Positions 51,799-60,676 are shown, counted from the stretch's first letter. The stretch is DNA of 64,000 bases from Pseudomonadota bacterium (GCA_009922615.1 RFVF01000013.1:3975-67974), one strand, 5' to 3'. A program made the numbers and translations. Notes: generated by a model not told the origin, from the sequence alone.

Positions 51799-53496
51799 TC
51801 ACACGACGCCACTTCGTTCCGCCTTCCTCACCCGCACCGGGCCGAGCTTCACCACGTTCTCCGGGTCGAAGTCCGTGAGCTTGAGCCAGTCTTCGGTGAG
51901 GTCGGTGGCGGGGAAGAGGTCGTTCTCGTCGTGTTCGAGGCGGAGGGCGGTGAGGAGGTCGGCGCGGGTGAGTTGGGTGTCGGCCTGGGTCTCGATGGCG
52001 CGGCGGATGGCGAGGGACTTCGCGCGTTCGACCACGGCGGCGATGATCGCGCCGCTGGCGAGGTCGCCGCGACAAAGCAGTTCGCGCCGGCCGCTGCGGA
52101 AGTTCACTTCGGCGAACTCGTTGTCCGGCGTGCGGGCGAAGTGCGCTTCGGTCACGGCGCGGGCGAGGTCGGCCTTTGGCTCGGCGAGCGGGAGGGAATC
52201 GCGCAGGTAGATTTCGTAGATGGCCTGCGCGCCGGCCTGGTCGGGACGGCGGACGCGGATTTTGCGGTCAATGCGCCCGGGCCGCAGGATGGCCGGGTCA
52301 ATCAGGTCCGCGCGGTTCGAGGCGAGGATGACGACGACGTTGGTGAGCGGCTCGATGCCGTCCATCTCGGTGCAGAACATTGGCACCAGCGTGCTGAGAA
52401 TGCTGTTGAAGCGCCCGCTGCGCCGCGTGCCGAGGATGCTCTCGGCCTCGTCGATGAACAGGAACGCCAACGCACCGTCCTTCGCGCGCTCACGACACTG
52501 GGCGAAGAGGTCGCGCACCTGCCGCTCGCTCTCGCCGACCCACATGTTGAGAATCTCCGGGCCTTTGACTTGCAGGAAAAACTCCGGGTGGTCCACGCCG
52601 GTCTGCGTCTTGATTTGCTGGCGCAGGTTGTAGGCGGTGGCCTTGCCGAGCAGCGTCTTGCCGCAGCCGGGCGGGCCGTGGAGGAGAAAGCCTTTCGGCA
52701 CCGAGTGCTCGAACTTCTTGAACAGGTCGCGATGGAGGAAGGGCAGCTCGATGGCGTCGCGGATGGCGCGCACGGCTTCGTCCTGGCCGCCGATGGCCGA
52801 CCACGGGAGTTCGCTGACGGTCTCCAGCGCACGCTCGACGCGCTTGCCGACGCCGATGATTTCGAGGGCGACACGTTGGTTCACGTCGAGGCGCACCTCC
52901 ATGCCGGACTTCATCTTTTCCTTCGCGAGCAAGGCGGAGCGCTGGATGACGAAGTTCGTGAGGCCGGCTTCCTGACCGATGCGCAGGCGGCCGTCGGAGA
53001 GCAGTTCGTCCACGCGGACGATGGGGCCGTTGCGGTCGAAGCCAAGGCCTTGCACGACGGCGAAGGCTTCGTTGCAGAGGACGCGCTGGCCGGCTTGCAG
53101 GCTGGCGAGCGGGATGGCCGGGTCCACGCGGCAGACGTAATCCGTGCCGCCGAGGCAGACGTGGGCCTTGTCCTTGTCCACCGGCATCAGGAACGTGCCG
53201 ACGCGGAAGGCGGGCGAGCGGAGCTTCTCGATGATGGCGTCCATCTTCTCGAGCGCGGCGCGGGCCTGATCGGTCATCTCCTCCTGCGCGGCGATGCGCT
53301 CGCGGAGATAGACCATGTCGAAGATGGAGGCGTGGCGTGGCGGGAGCTTGCTCGTGATGAGGTCCACGAGCTGGAGGGTGGAAAGCTGTTCGAGTTGCTC
53401 GCGCGGGAGCAGGTCGGCGAGCGGCGTGGAGGCGAGCGAAGGCTCAGCGGGTAATTTGTCCTCGCGGGGCAACGGCTTCTTCTTCGGCTCGGCCAT
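51799..53496 (-). CDS. Mpa/ARC-type AAA+ ATPase (proteasome-associated-ATPase-like architecture)
   Basis: An N-terminal coiled-coil-like segment (RERIAAQEEMTDQARAALEKMDAIIEKLRSP), OB-like inter-domain segments, Walker A GPPGCGKT, Walker B FLFIDEAES, VVILASNRADLIDPAILRPGRIDRKIRVRRPD, and a C-terminal EDWLKL... block as in ARC/Mpa. It ends ...RKAERSGVV, with no GQYL-type tail. Confidence 0.8.
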   Translation of the reverse strand: MAEPKKKPLPREDKLPAEPSLASTPLADLLPREQLEQLSTLQLVDLITSKLPPRHASIFDMVYLRERIAAQEEMTDQARAALEKMDAIIEKLRSPAFRVGTFLMPVDKDKAHVCLGGTDYVCRVDPAIPLASLQAGQRVLCNEAFAVVQGLGFDRNGPIVRVDELLSDGRLRIGQEAGLTNFVIQRSALLAKEKMKSGMEVRLDVNQRVALEIIGVGKRVERALETVSELPWSAIGGQDEAVRAIRDAIELPFLHRDLFKKFEHSVPKGFLLHGPPGCGKTLLGKATAYNLRQQIKTQTGVDHPEFFLQVKGPEILNMWVGESERQVRDLFAQCRERAKDGALAFLFIDEAESILGTRRSGRFNSILSTLVPMFCTEMDGIEPLTNVVVILASNRADLIDPAILRPGRIDRKIRVRRPDQAGAQAIYEIYLRDSLPLAEPKADLARAVTEAHFARTPDNEFAEVNFRSGRRELLCRGDLASGAIIAAVVERAKSLAIRRAIETQADTQLTRADLLTALRLEHDENDLFPATDLTEDWLKLTDFDPENVVKLGPVRVRKAERSGVV

Positions 53497-53557
53497 GACG
53501 GGACATTACGCGCCGTGAAGGGGTTTGCAAACTCGGAGACACCTTAGCCGCGAAAGC

Positions 53558-53617
53558 GCGCAGAGGACGCAAAGTACGAGAAATCCCTCGAAGGAAAACC
53601 CTTTGCGCTCTCTGCGC
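53558..53617. repeat. Long imperfect hairpin between fabI and the AAA+ gene
   Basis: GCGCAGAGGACGCAAAG (53558-53574) pairs with CTTTGCGCTCTCTGCGC (53601-53617) over 17 positions, with one mismatch and one G-U pair. The 26-nt loop contains a CGAG/CTCG mini-stem. A T-run (CCTTTTT) follows on the + strand only. Confidence 0.5.
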
Positions 53618-53655
53618 CCTTTTTCGGCAAAAAATTCGCTTCCTTACTCCGGCGG

Positions 53656-54447
53656 CTACGCAGCCTTCGGCGCTTCGGTCATGCCCATCACTTGGTAACC
53701 GCAGTCCACGTAGAGGACCTGGCCGGTGATGGCGGCGGCACCGTCGCTGGCGAGGAAGGTTCCGGTGGCACCGAGTTCGTCGGGAAGGACGTTGCGCTTG
53801 AGTGGAGCGTGCTGCTCGTAGTGCTTGAGCATCGCGCTGAAGCCGGCGATGCCGCGCGCGGCGAGCGTGTTGACCGGGCCGGCGGAGATGCAGTTCACGC
53901 GAATCTTCTGCTCGCCGAGGTCGTAGGCGAGGTAGCGGGTGCTGGCTTCGAGCGCGGCCTTGGCGACGCCCATGACGTTGTAGTGCGGGATGACCTTCTC
54001 CGCGCCGTAGTAGCTCATCGCCACGATGCTGCCGCCCTCGGTCATCAGCGGCGCGGCTCCGCGCGCGAGCGCGACGAGGGAGTAAGCGCTGATGTCGTGC
54101 GCGACGCGGAAAGCCTCGCGGCTGGTGTTCACGAAACGGCCTTCAAGTGCTTCCTTCGGCGCAAAGGCGACGGCGTGCAGGAGCAAGTGGAGCTTGCCGA
54201 GTTTCGCGCCGACTTCGGCAAAGACCCGGGCGATGTCCTCGTCCTTCGCCACGTCGCACGGCATGAGCAGCGTGTCGGGTCCGAACGCGCTGACGAGTTC
54301 CTCGACGTTCTCCTTGAGGCGTTCGCCCTGGTAAGTGAACGCGAGCGTGGCCCCGGCCTTGTGCCAGGCCTGCGCGATGGCCCACGCGATGGAGCGTTTG
54401 TTGGCGACGCCGAAGACGATTCCGATTTTGCCTGCGAGTTGTGACAT
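53656..54447 (-). CDS. fabI: Enoyl-[acyl-carrier-protein] reductase (NADH), FabI
   Basis: GKIGIVFGVANKRSIAWAIA...SYYGAEKVIPHYNVMGVAKAALE (Tyr/Lys catalytic pair) ...NCISAGPVNTLAA. Confidence 0.93.
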   Translation of the reverse strand: MSQLAGKIGIVFGVANKRSIAWAIAQAWHKAGATLAFTYQGERLKENVEELVSAFGPDTLLMPCDVAKDEDIARVFAEVGAKLGKLHLLLHAVAFAPKEALEGRFVNTSREAFRVAHDISAYSLVALARGAAPLMTEGGSIVAMSYYGAEKVIPHYNVMGVAKAALEASTRYLAYDLGEQKIRVNCISAGPVNTLAARGIAGFSAMLKHYEQHAPLKRNVLPDELGATGTFLASDGAAAITGQVLYVDCGYQVMGMTEAPKAA

Positions 54448-54496
54448 AGCGGGGAAAGGATGCGCGGAGAAAGGGCGAACGTTCAACGCTCAACTT

Positions 54497-55663
54497 TCAA
54501 CGCCGGAGTCGTAGTTTCAGCAATCCGGCTAGCCCCACGAGCAAGAGCGCGCTGACCCCAAGCGCGCCAGCTCGAGGTTGGCCCGGCGCGAGGAACAACG
54601 CGCCGGCGCCCACCGCCGGGCCGAGGCAGATGCCGATGCCGATGGCGGCTTCGTGGATGCCGCCGTGCTCGCCTTGCGTGTCGCCGACATCCATCGAGTA
54701 GAAGAGCGACGAGTAGTAGAGCAGGCCGGTGGCGAGGCCGAAGAGCACTTGGCCCGCGACGAGCAGCGGTAGCGAATGGCCGAGTTGCAGCACGACGTAG
54801 CTGGCAATCAGCCCGAGAAACGCCGCGAGCATCCAACGAAAGCGGTAGCGCCAGCCACTCCAGCGCCAGAGCACGATAAACGTGCCCAGCCGCACCAGAA
54901 ACCACACCGACCAGAACCAGCCGCTCTGCGCGATGTTCAGGCCCAGTTCCGCCGAGCGGCCGGGCACGACGGCGAGGAACGAATGGATGGCAATGTAGGA
55001 GAACGGATTCGCGAGCCACGCCATCTTGAGGAAGGTTTCGGGTGAAATGGGCTGGTGCAACGCGGCTTCCTCCGGGTGATGTGGCATCGTTGAAACCGGC
55101 GGCGGAGCAGGGGAGTGCGGCAAACTTTCCAACCAGAGCGTCAGCAGCAGTTGACTTGTGAAAATGACTGTCGGAATCCAGAACAGGCTGCGCGCCCCCA
55201 GCCATTCGTAGAGCGAGCCGCCCAGGAAATACATCAGTCCGGCGCAGCCCGACCACGTGATGTTGTAGATGCCGACCATGCGCTTGGTGCCCGCCTCGGT
55301 TTCGCCGTGGGTGGCGTGGGCTTCCAGCGCAGGCCAGGTGAAGCACATCCCGATGGTCCATACGAACAGCGTGACGAATACGCCGACGAGTGACTGCATC
55401 AGCCCGCCCGCCAGCATCGCGGCGGCCATGGTGAGGAAGCCGACCTTGAACGACGTGGTCAGCCCGTGTCGCTCCGCGAACCGTCCACCCATCCGCGCTG
55501 CCGGGACGTAAATGAGCCCGTGCAGTGCGCATGTGAGCAAGTTGTCGCGGTTGCCGAAGCCGTGTTGTTGCTGCAGCAGAAAGAACAGGTAGGTGCCGAA
55601 GTAGGAGCAGCCCAGCGTGTTCAACGCCGTGAGCAGGAAACCGATGGCTTTGCGGCGGGACAT
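54497..55663 (-). CDS. MFS transporter
   Basis: About 12 hydrophobic helices over 388 aa, with an MFS-like loop ARMGGRFAERHG between TM2 and TM3. Confidence 0.75.
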   Translation of the reverse strand: MSRRKAIGFLLTALNTLGCSYFGTYLFFLLQQQHGFGNRDNLLTCALHGLIYVPAARMGGRFAERHGLTTSFKVGFLTMAAAMLAGGLMQSLVGVFVTLFVWTIGMCFTWPALEAHATHGETEAGTKRMVGIYNITWSGCAGLMYFLGGSLYEWLGARSLFWIPTVIFTSQLLLTLWLESLPHSPAPPPVSTMPHHPEEAALHQPISPETFLKMAWLANPFSYIAIHSFLAVVPGRSAELGLNIAQSGWFWSVWFLVRLGTFIVLWRWSGWRYRFRWMLAAFLGLIASYVVLQLGHSLPLLVAGQVLFGLATGLLYYSSLFYSMDVGDTQGEHGGIHEAAIGIGICLGPAVGAGALFLAPGQPRAGALGVSALLLVGLAGLLKLRLRR

Positions 55664-55666
55664 GGA

Positions 55667-55760
55667 GAATGACGAAGGCTGAATGAAGAATGACGAACGC
55701 GGTTACGGGGACGACGGAGCGACGGGATGCTTCGTCATTCTGGTTTCGTCATTCGTCATT
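55667..55760. repeat. GAATGACGAA word-repeat hairpin spanning the NUDIX 3' end and the MFS start region
   Basis: Direct words GAATGACGAA (55667), GAATGAAGAA (55681) and GAATGACGAA (55688). Inverted words TTCGTCATTC (55731), TTCGTCATTC (55745) and TTCGTCATT (55752). The inner helix AGAATGACGAA/TTCGTCATTCT is 11 bp and perfect, with a 33-nt loop. Confidence 0.75.
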
Positions 55761-56206
55761 TCGCGTAGAGCGGCACGGCAATACCACTTCACCGCGTTGG
55801 TCATGGGCGGTTGCAAGGTGTCCAGGTCCGCCGCGCTGCACCAACGAATGTCATGGTGTTCCTCGGTGGCGAGCGTCACGTCGCCGCTGAGGGGCCGCGC
55901 CCAGTAAATCATGCCGATGTGCTCGTGGGTGTCTGAAATGCGGTGAATGTCGAGGAAACGCGGGGCGATGAGCGCACGTGTGCCTGGCTCGGTCGTGGGC
56001 GGGCGCTCGCCGACAAGTTGCACATCCAGGCCGCTCTCCTCTTTCGCTTCGCGGAGGGCGGCGATTTCCGGGTCTTCATCCAGCTCGATGTGGCCGCCGA
56101 GGGGAAGCCACTTGCCGAGTTTGCGGTGCAGGATGAGCAGCACCTTGGCGTCGTGGACGACGAAGATGGCGACGGTGAAATCGATTTTTTCATGGATGTG
56201 GGCCAT
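55703..56206 (-). CDS. NUDIX hydrolase
   Basis: Nudix box GGHIELDEDPEIAALREAKEESGL. Starts at ATG 56206. The last ~19 codons (EMTNDETRMTKHPVAPSSP) are encoded by the repeat hairpin, so the true C-terminus is uncertain. Confidence 0.85.
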   Translation of the reverse strand: MAHIHEKIDFTVAIFVVHDAKVLLILHRKLGKWLPLGGHIELDEDPEIAALREAKEESGLDVQLVGERPPTTEPGTRALIAPRFLDIHRISDTHEHIGMIYWARPLSGDVTLATEEHHDIRWCSAADLDTLQPPMTNAVKWYCRAALREMTNDETRMTKHPVAPSSP

Positions 56207-56314
56207 GGGGCGCGAAGCGTGTCGGGCGGCGCGCCGGGTGTCAACGGACGTGCGAGCGTCCGGCCGGGCACTCCTCGCTCGACAACCCAGCGCGGCTTCC
56301 ACACTCTCATCCGC

Positions 56315-57280
56315 ATGTCGAAGCCTGCTTTGGGACGCGGTTTGAGCGCGTTGCTGGGAGGTGGAGCAGCCGCAGCGAGGCCCGCTTCCGCTCCGCCGTC
56401 TGCGCCTCCGGTTTCCGCGTCGAAACCCGTTGCGCCCGTTGTTCCCGCGCCCGCGCCGTTGCCGCCAGCGGGTGATGCGGTGCAAAAGGTCGCCGTCACG
56501 CGGGTGCGCCCGTGTGCGTTTCAGCCGCGCAAGGATTTCGCGGAGGACGCCATTGCCGAGCTGGCCGATTCAATCAAGGCCCAAGGCATCATCTCACCGC
56601 TCATCGTGCGCGTGCGCGGCGATGGCTTTGAACTCATCGCCGGTGAGCGTCGCTGGCGCGCCGCGCAACTGGCCGGGCTCAAGGAAGTCCCCATCATCGT
56701 CCGCGAAGCCGACGACCGCGCCGTTCTGGAACTTGCGCTCATCGAAAATCTTCAGCGCGAGAACCTCAACCCCATCGAAGAGGCGCTCGGTTACGCGCAG
56801 CTCATCGAGCAGTTCCAGCTCACGCAGGAAACCGCCGCCGCCAAGGTCGGCAAGAGCCGCGCTGTCGTTGCTAACGCGCTGCGCTTGCTCAAGCTCGCGC
56901 CCGAACTCCAGGGCTACCTTCGCCACGGCCAGCTCTCCGTCGGACACGCGAAGGTGATCCTCGGATTGACCGGTGCGCCCGAACAACGGCTCGCCGCCGA
57001 ACGCGTGCTCAAGGATGGCCTGAACGTCCGCCAGACCGAGGATCTCGTCGCCCGCCTTCAGCAGTCCAGCACGCAGGCGCCTGCGAAGGCCGGGGCCGGC
57101 AGCAAATCTGCGGCGCCGCGCGATGTGCATGTAGCCAGCTTGGAGAACAAACTGCAGGAGCGCTTCGGAACCAAAGTTGCAGTGCGTTACCGCAAGGGCA
57201 AGGGTGCGGTGGAAATCCGTTTCTTCAACGACGATGATCTGGACCGCATTCTGCAGATTGCCGGTGTGACAATTGATTAG
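56315..57280 (+). CDS. parB: Chromosome partitioning protein ParB
   Basis: MSKPALGRGLSALLGG N-terminus, ParB box LIAGERRWRAAQLAGL, ALIENLQRENLNPIEEA, HTH region. A Pro/Ala-rich low-complexity insert follows the N-terminal motif. No parA gene is adjacent. Confidence 0.9.
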   Translation: MSKPALGRGLSALLGGGAAAARPASAPPSAPPVSASKPVAPVVPAPAPLPPAGDAVQKVAVTRVRPCAFQPRKDFAEDAIAELADSIKAQGIISPLIVRVRGDGFELIAGERRWRAAQLAGLKEVPIIVREADDRAVLELALIENLQRENLNPIEEALGYAQLIEQFQLTQETAAAKVGKSRAVVANALRLLKLAPELQGYLRHGQLSVGHAKVILGLTGAPEQRLAAERVLKDGLNVRQTEDLVARLQQSSTQAPAKAGAGSKSAAPRDVHVASLENKLQERFGTKVAVRYRKGKGAVEIRFFNDDDLDRILQIAGVTID

Positions 57281-57408
57281 CCGCTAACGAGCACAAAGAG
57301 CGCAAAGCAGATGGCTCTGGTTTCAACAACTTCGCTGGATTGGGCGACTCCCGCCTATGCTCAGGCGTTGCTCTGCGATCGTGCGCGGCCGCTTTTCGCT
57401 TCTTCCCG

Positions 57409-57984
57409 ATGAAACTACCCGTTCACAAATACGGCGACCCGGTGCTCCGCAAGAAGGGCGCGCCCGTCACCAAGGTCACCCCGGAAATTCTCCAGCTCAT
57501 CGCCGACATGTTCGAGACGATGGAGGCGAATCACGGCGTCGGCCTCGCTGCGCAACAGGTCGGCCATGCGCTTCAGCTTACCGTCATTGACATCCGGCCC
57601 ATCGAGGACCGGCCGTCCACGTTGGAACTCGACGGCAAGCCTGCTGATCCGAAGTCCATCATGCCGCTGGTGCTGCTCAATCCCGTGGTCAAACCCGTCG
57701 GTGAGATCGTCGCGGGGAGCGAGGGTTGCCTGAGTTTCCCGAAGCTCTATGGCGAAATCGAGCGGCCCGAATCCGTGGACGTGACGGCGACGAATGAAAA
57801 GGGCGAACCCCTATCCTTCCGCTGCGGCGGCTTGCTCGCCCGCTGCGTGCAACACGAGACCGACCATCTCAACGGCATCCTCTTCATCGACCGCATGAGC
57901 CGCACGGACAAGGAGGACCTGAAGGCAGACCTCGAAGACTTGCAGGCCGCGACGAAGGCGGCGTTGAAAAAGGCGAAGAAGTGA
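57409..57984 (+). CDS. def: Peptide deformylase
   Basis: The three Def motifs: GVGLAAQQVG, EGCLSFP and QHETDHLNG. Confidence 0.95.
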   Translation: MKLPVHKYGDPVLRKKGAPVTKVTPEILQLIADMFETMEANHGVGLAAQQVGHALQLTVIDIRPIEDRPSTLELDGKPADPKSIMPLVLLNPVVKPVGEIVAGSEGCLSFPKLYGEIERPESVDVTATNEKGEPLSFRCGGLLARCVQHETDHLNGILFIDRMSRTDKEDLKADLEDLQAATKAALKKAKK

Positions 57985-58198
57985 CCTTGGTGGGTAATCC
58001 ATGAACGTGTCGGAGGACGGCTGGGACTGACTGCGCAAGCGGGTCTCTAACCGATCGCCGAAGCTGGCGGATTCTATTCCTGAGCCGACGGTGTTCGACA
58101 CCACAACCCGGCACGTTGTCTTCGCCGCCTTCTCATCTGAGTTCGCGCGAATCGGGACGCAAGTTGACGCTGCGTTGGCTTTGGGTTCTGATTGCGCC

Positions 58199-59077
58199 AT
58201 GCAAATGTCAGCCCTCAAGGTGTTCTGCGACCTCAGTGAAACCGAGAGCTTCACCAAGGCCGCCCAGATCAACGGCGTCACCCAGTCCGCGGTGAGCCAG
58301 CAGATCAGTGCGTTGGAACGGCAGTTCAAGTCCATGCTCATCGAGCGGAGCAAGAAGAAGTTCCGCCTCACTCGCGAGGGCGAGATCCTTTACGAATACA
58401 GCAAGCGCATCTGCCACACTTACGACGAATTGCAGAACAAGCTCGCCGAGGAGCGGGACATCGTCTCCGGCAGCATTCGCGTGGCCACCATCTACAGCAT
58501 CGGGCTGCACGACCTGCCGCCCTACATGAAGAAGTTCCTCAAGGCCTACCCCACGGTGAAAATCCACGTGGAGTATCGCCGCGCCAATCAGGTTTATGAG
58601 GACGTGCTCGGCAACGCCGTGGACCTCGGGCTCGTCGCCTACCCGAACAAGGATCCGCGCCTCGAAATCGTCCCGCTCCGCAAGGACCGAATGGTCATGG
58701 TGTGTCATCCGCAGCATCCGTTCGCCAAGCTCAAGGTCCTGCCGCTCAAGGCGCTGGCCGGCCAGAAATTCATCGGCTTCGAGCCCGATATCCCGACGCG
58801 CAAGGCCATCGACCGCATTCTCAAAGACCATTCCATTACCGTGCAGACCGTGATGGAGTTCGACAACGTCGAGACCGTGAAGCGCGCCGTGGAGATCGAC
58901 GCCGGGGTGTCCATCCTGCCGCACACGACCATTGCGCAGGAAGCGGCGCAAGGCTCGCTGGTGCAGGTGCCCTTCGAGGGCGAGGAGTTTCACCGCCCGC
59001 TCGCTGCGCTCTACAAGAAGAACAAGGTGCTCTCGCCGGCGATGAAGCAGTTCCTCGCCTTGGTGAAGGAGGCCTAG
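58199..59077 (+). CDS. LysR-family transcriptional regulator
   Basis: N-terminal HTH LKVFCDLSETESFTKAAQINGVTQSAVSQQISALE plus a LysR substrate-binding-domain-sized C-terminus. Confidence 0.9.
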   Translation: MQMSALKVFCDLSETESFTKAAQINGVTQSAVSQQISALERQFKSMLIERSKKKFRLTREGEILYEYSKRICHTYDELQNKLAEERDIVSGSIRVATIYSIGLHDLPPYMKKFLKAYPTVKIHVEYRRANQVYEDVLGNAVDLGLVAYPNKDPRLEIVPLRKDRMVMVCHPQHPFAKLKVLPLKALAGQKFIGFEPDIPTRKAIDRILKDHSITVQTVMEFDNVETVKRAVEIDAGVSILPHTTIAQEAAQGSLVQVPFEGEEFHRPLAALYKKNKVLSPAMKQFLALVKEA

Positions 59078-60184
59078 TCAGTCATCGCCAAGCCGGTCGC
59101 GCCGGAACTGGTTGTAGGCGCGATGGGCCGCACGATCGCGGCGGGCGCGGGCGAGCTGGTTTTGGCGCGCGGCGTCTTCGAGCTTTTTCAAATCGCCCCG
59201 CAGCTTGAGGTAATTTCGATAGCGGTCGTCGGTGAGTGTCCCGGCTTGCACGGCTCCGAGCACGGCGCATTTCTTCTCCACGGTGTGGCCGCAGCCGGTA
59301 AAGTGGCAGCTCAACGCGAGGGCTTCGATCTCGGGAAACGCATCCTGCAAACCCGTGTCCGCCAGCCAGAGGTGAAACTCCCGCATGCCCGGGGTGTCCA
59401 TCACCACGCCGCCTTTGGGCAGGACGAGCAGTTCGCGCCGCGTGGTGGTGTGCCGGCCTTTGGCGTCCTTCTCGCGCACGGGCAACGTGTCCTGCATTTC
59501 CTCGCCAAAGAGACGGTTGATGAGCGTGGACTTGCCGACGCCCGAGGAGCCGATGAAGGCGACCGTCACGCCCTCGTGAATCCACTGCCGCAACGCCTTC
59601 ACGCCGGAGCCCTTGATCGCGGACAACGCGAGCACCGGCGTCTCCCCCACGGCAGCCTGCACGTCGGAGAGGCGTTGGGCGGTGTGTGGGCACAGGTCGG
59701 TCTTGTTCAACAGGATCACCGGCTTGGCCCCGCCTTCGTGGACCATCACGAGAAAACGTTCCAGCCGGCGGAGGTTAAAATTGTCATCCAACCCCTGCAC
59801 GATGAAGACGACATCAATGTTGGCCCCGAGCACTTGTTCGGCCGCCTTCCGACCGGCCTCCTTGCGGCAAATCTGCGTGGCGCGCGGCAGGACGGCGTGG
59901 ATGGTGGCTTTCGTTTCTTCCTCCGCGTGCAGCGCCACGGCGACCCAATCACCCGCCTTCGGCAGTTCATTCGGCGCGGAGTCGTGCAGCAGTCGGCCGG
60001 TGATCTGCGCGATCAACTCCGAGTCCGTCGTGAAGATGTTGTAGTAATGGCGATCTTCGGTTGCCACGCGGGCGGGCACCAGCCCGGCGGCGCGATGCGG
60101 GGCGAAGGCGGCTTCAAGACGAGCGTTCCAACCCAGTTGCGTCAACGGCGTGTCGAGGTAGCTGGTGGAAGGCGGAGGGGGCAC
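59078..60184 (-). CDS. rsgA: Ribosome small-subunit-dependent GTPase A
   Basis: Circularly permuted GTPase: LLNKTDL, GSSGVGKSTLINRL, DTPGMREF, and the zinc-finger cysteines CHFTGCGHTVEKKC. Confidence 0.92.
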   Translation of the reverse strand: MPPPPSTSYLDTPLTQLGWNARLEAAFAPHRAAGLVPARVATEDRHYYNIFTTDSELIAQITGRLLHDSAPNELPKAGDWVAVALHAEEETKATIHAVLPRATQICRKEAGRKAAEQVLGANIDVVFIVQGLDDNFNLRRLERFLVMVHEGGAKPVILLNKTDLCPHTAQRLSDVQAAVGETPVLALSAIKGSGVKALRQWIHEGVTVAFIGSSGVGKSTLINRLFGEEMQDTLPVREKDAKGRHTTTRRELLVLPKGGVVMDTPGMREFHLWLADTGLQDAFPEIEALALSCHFTGCGHTVEKKCAVLGAVQAGTLTDDRYRNYLKLRGDLKKLEDAARQNQLARARRDRAAHRAYNQFRRDRLGDD

Positions 60185-60190
60185 GGTGCG

Positions 60191-60676
60191 TTAATCCCGG
60201 AAATTCGTGAAGGTCAGCGCGACGGGGAAATCCTTCGCCTGCACGGCGGCGATCACGGTTTGCAACTCGTCGCGGCTCTTGCTGGTGACGCGCACCTCGT
60301 CGCCGTTGATGGAGGAAGTAACCTTGAACTTCCCATCGCGGATGAAAGCGCTAATCTGCTTGGCCACGGTGGCCTCGATGCCTTCCTTGAGCTTCACGCT
60401 CTGGCGTGCGTGGCCTAATGGCGAGAGGTCGGGCTTGCCCTCGTCCACGTTCTTCATGCTGATGCCGCGCTTGGCGAGCTTGCCCAGGACGATCTCGACG
60501 AGCGTCTGCATCTTGTAGGCGTCGGGCGCGGTGAGTTTGATCTCCAGCTTTTCGAGCGTGATCTCCGCCTTGGTGCCTTTGAAATCAAAGCGCGTGGCCA
60601 GCTCCTTCTTGGCCTGGCTCACGGCGTTTTCCACTTCCATCGAGTTGACTTTGGAGACGATGTCGAATGACGGCAT
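60191..60676 (-). CDS. yajQ: YajQ-family nucleotide / cyclic-di-GMP-binding protein (UPF0234)
   Basis: MPSFDIVSKVNSMEVENAVSQAKKELATRFDFKG is the hallmark YajQ N-terminus. 161 aa. Confidence 0.9.
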   Translation of the reverse strand: MPSFDIVSKVNSMEVENAVSQAKKELATRFDFKGTKAEITLEKLEIKLTAPDAYKMQTLVEIVLGKLAKRGISMKNVDEGKPDLSPLGHARQSVKLKEGIEATVAKQISAFIRDGKFKVTSSINGDEVRVTSKSRDELQTVIAAVQAKDFPVALTFTNFRD

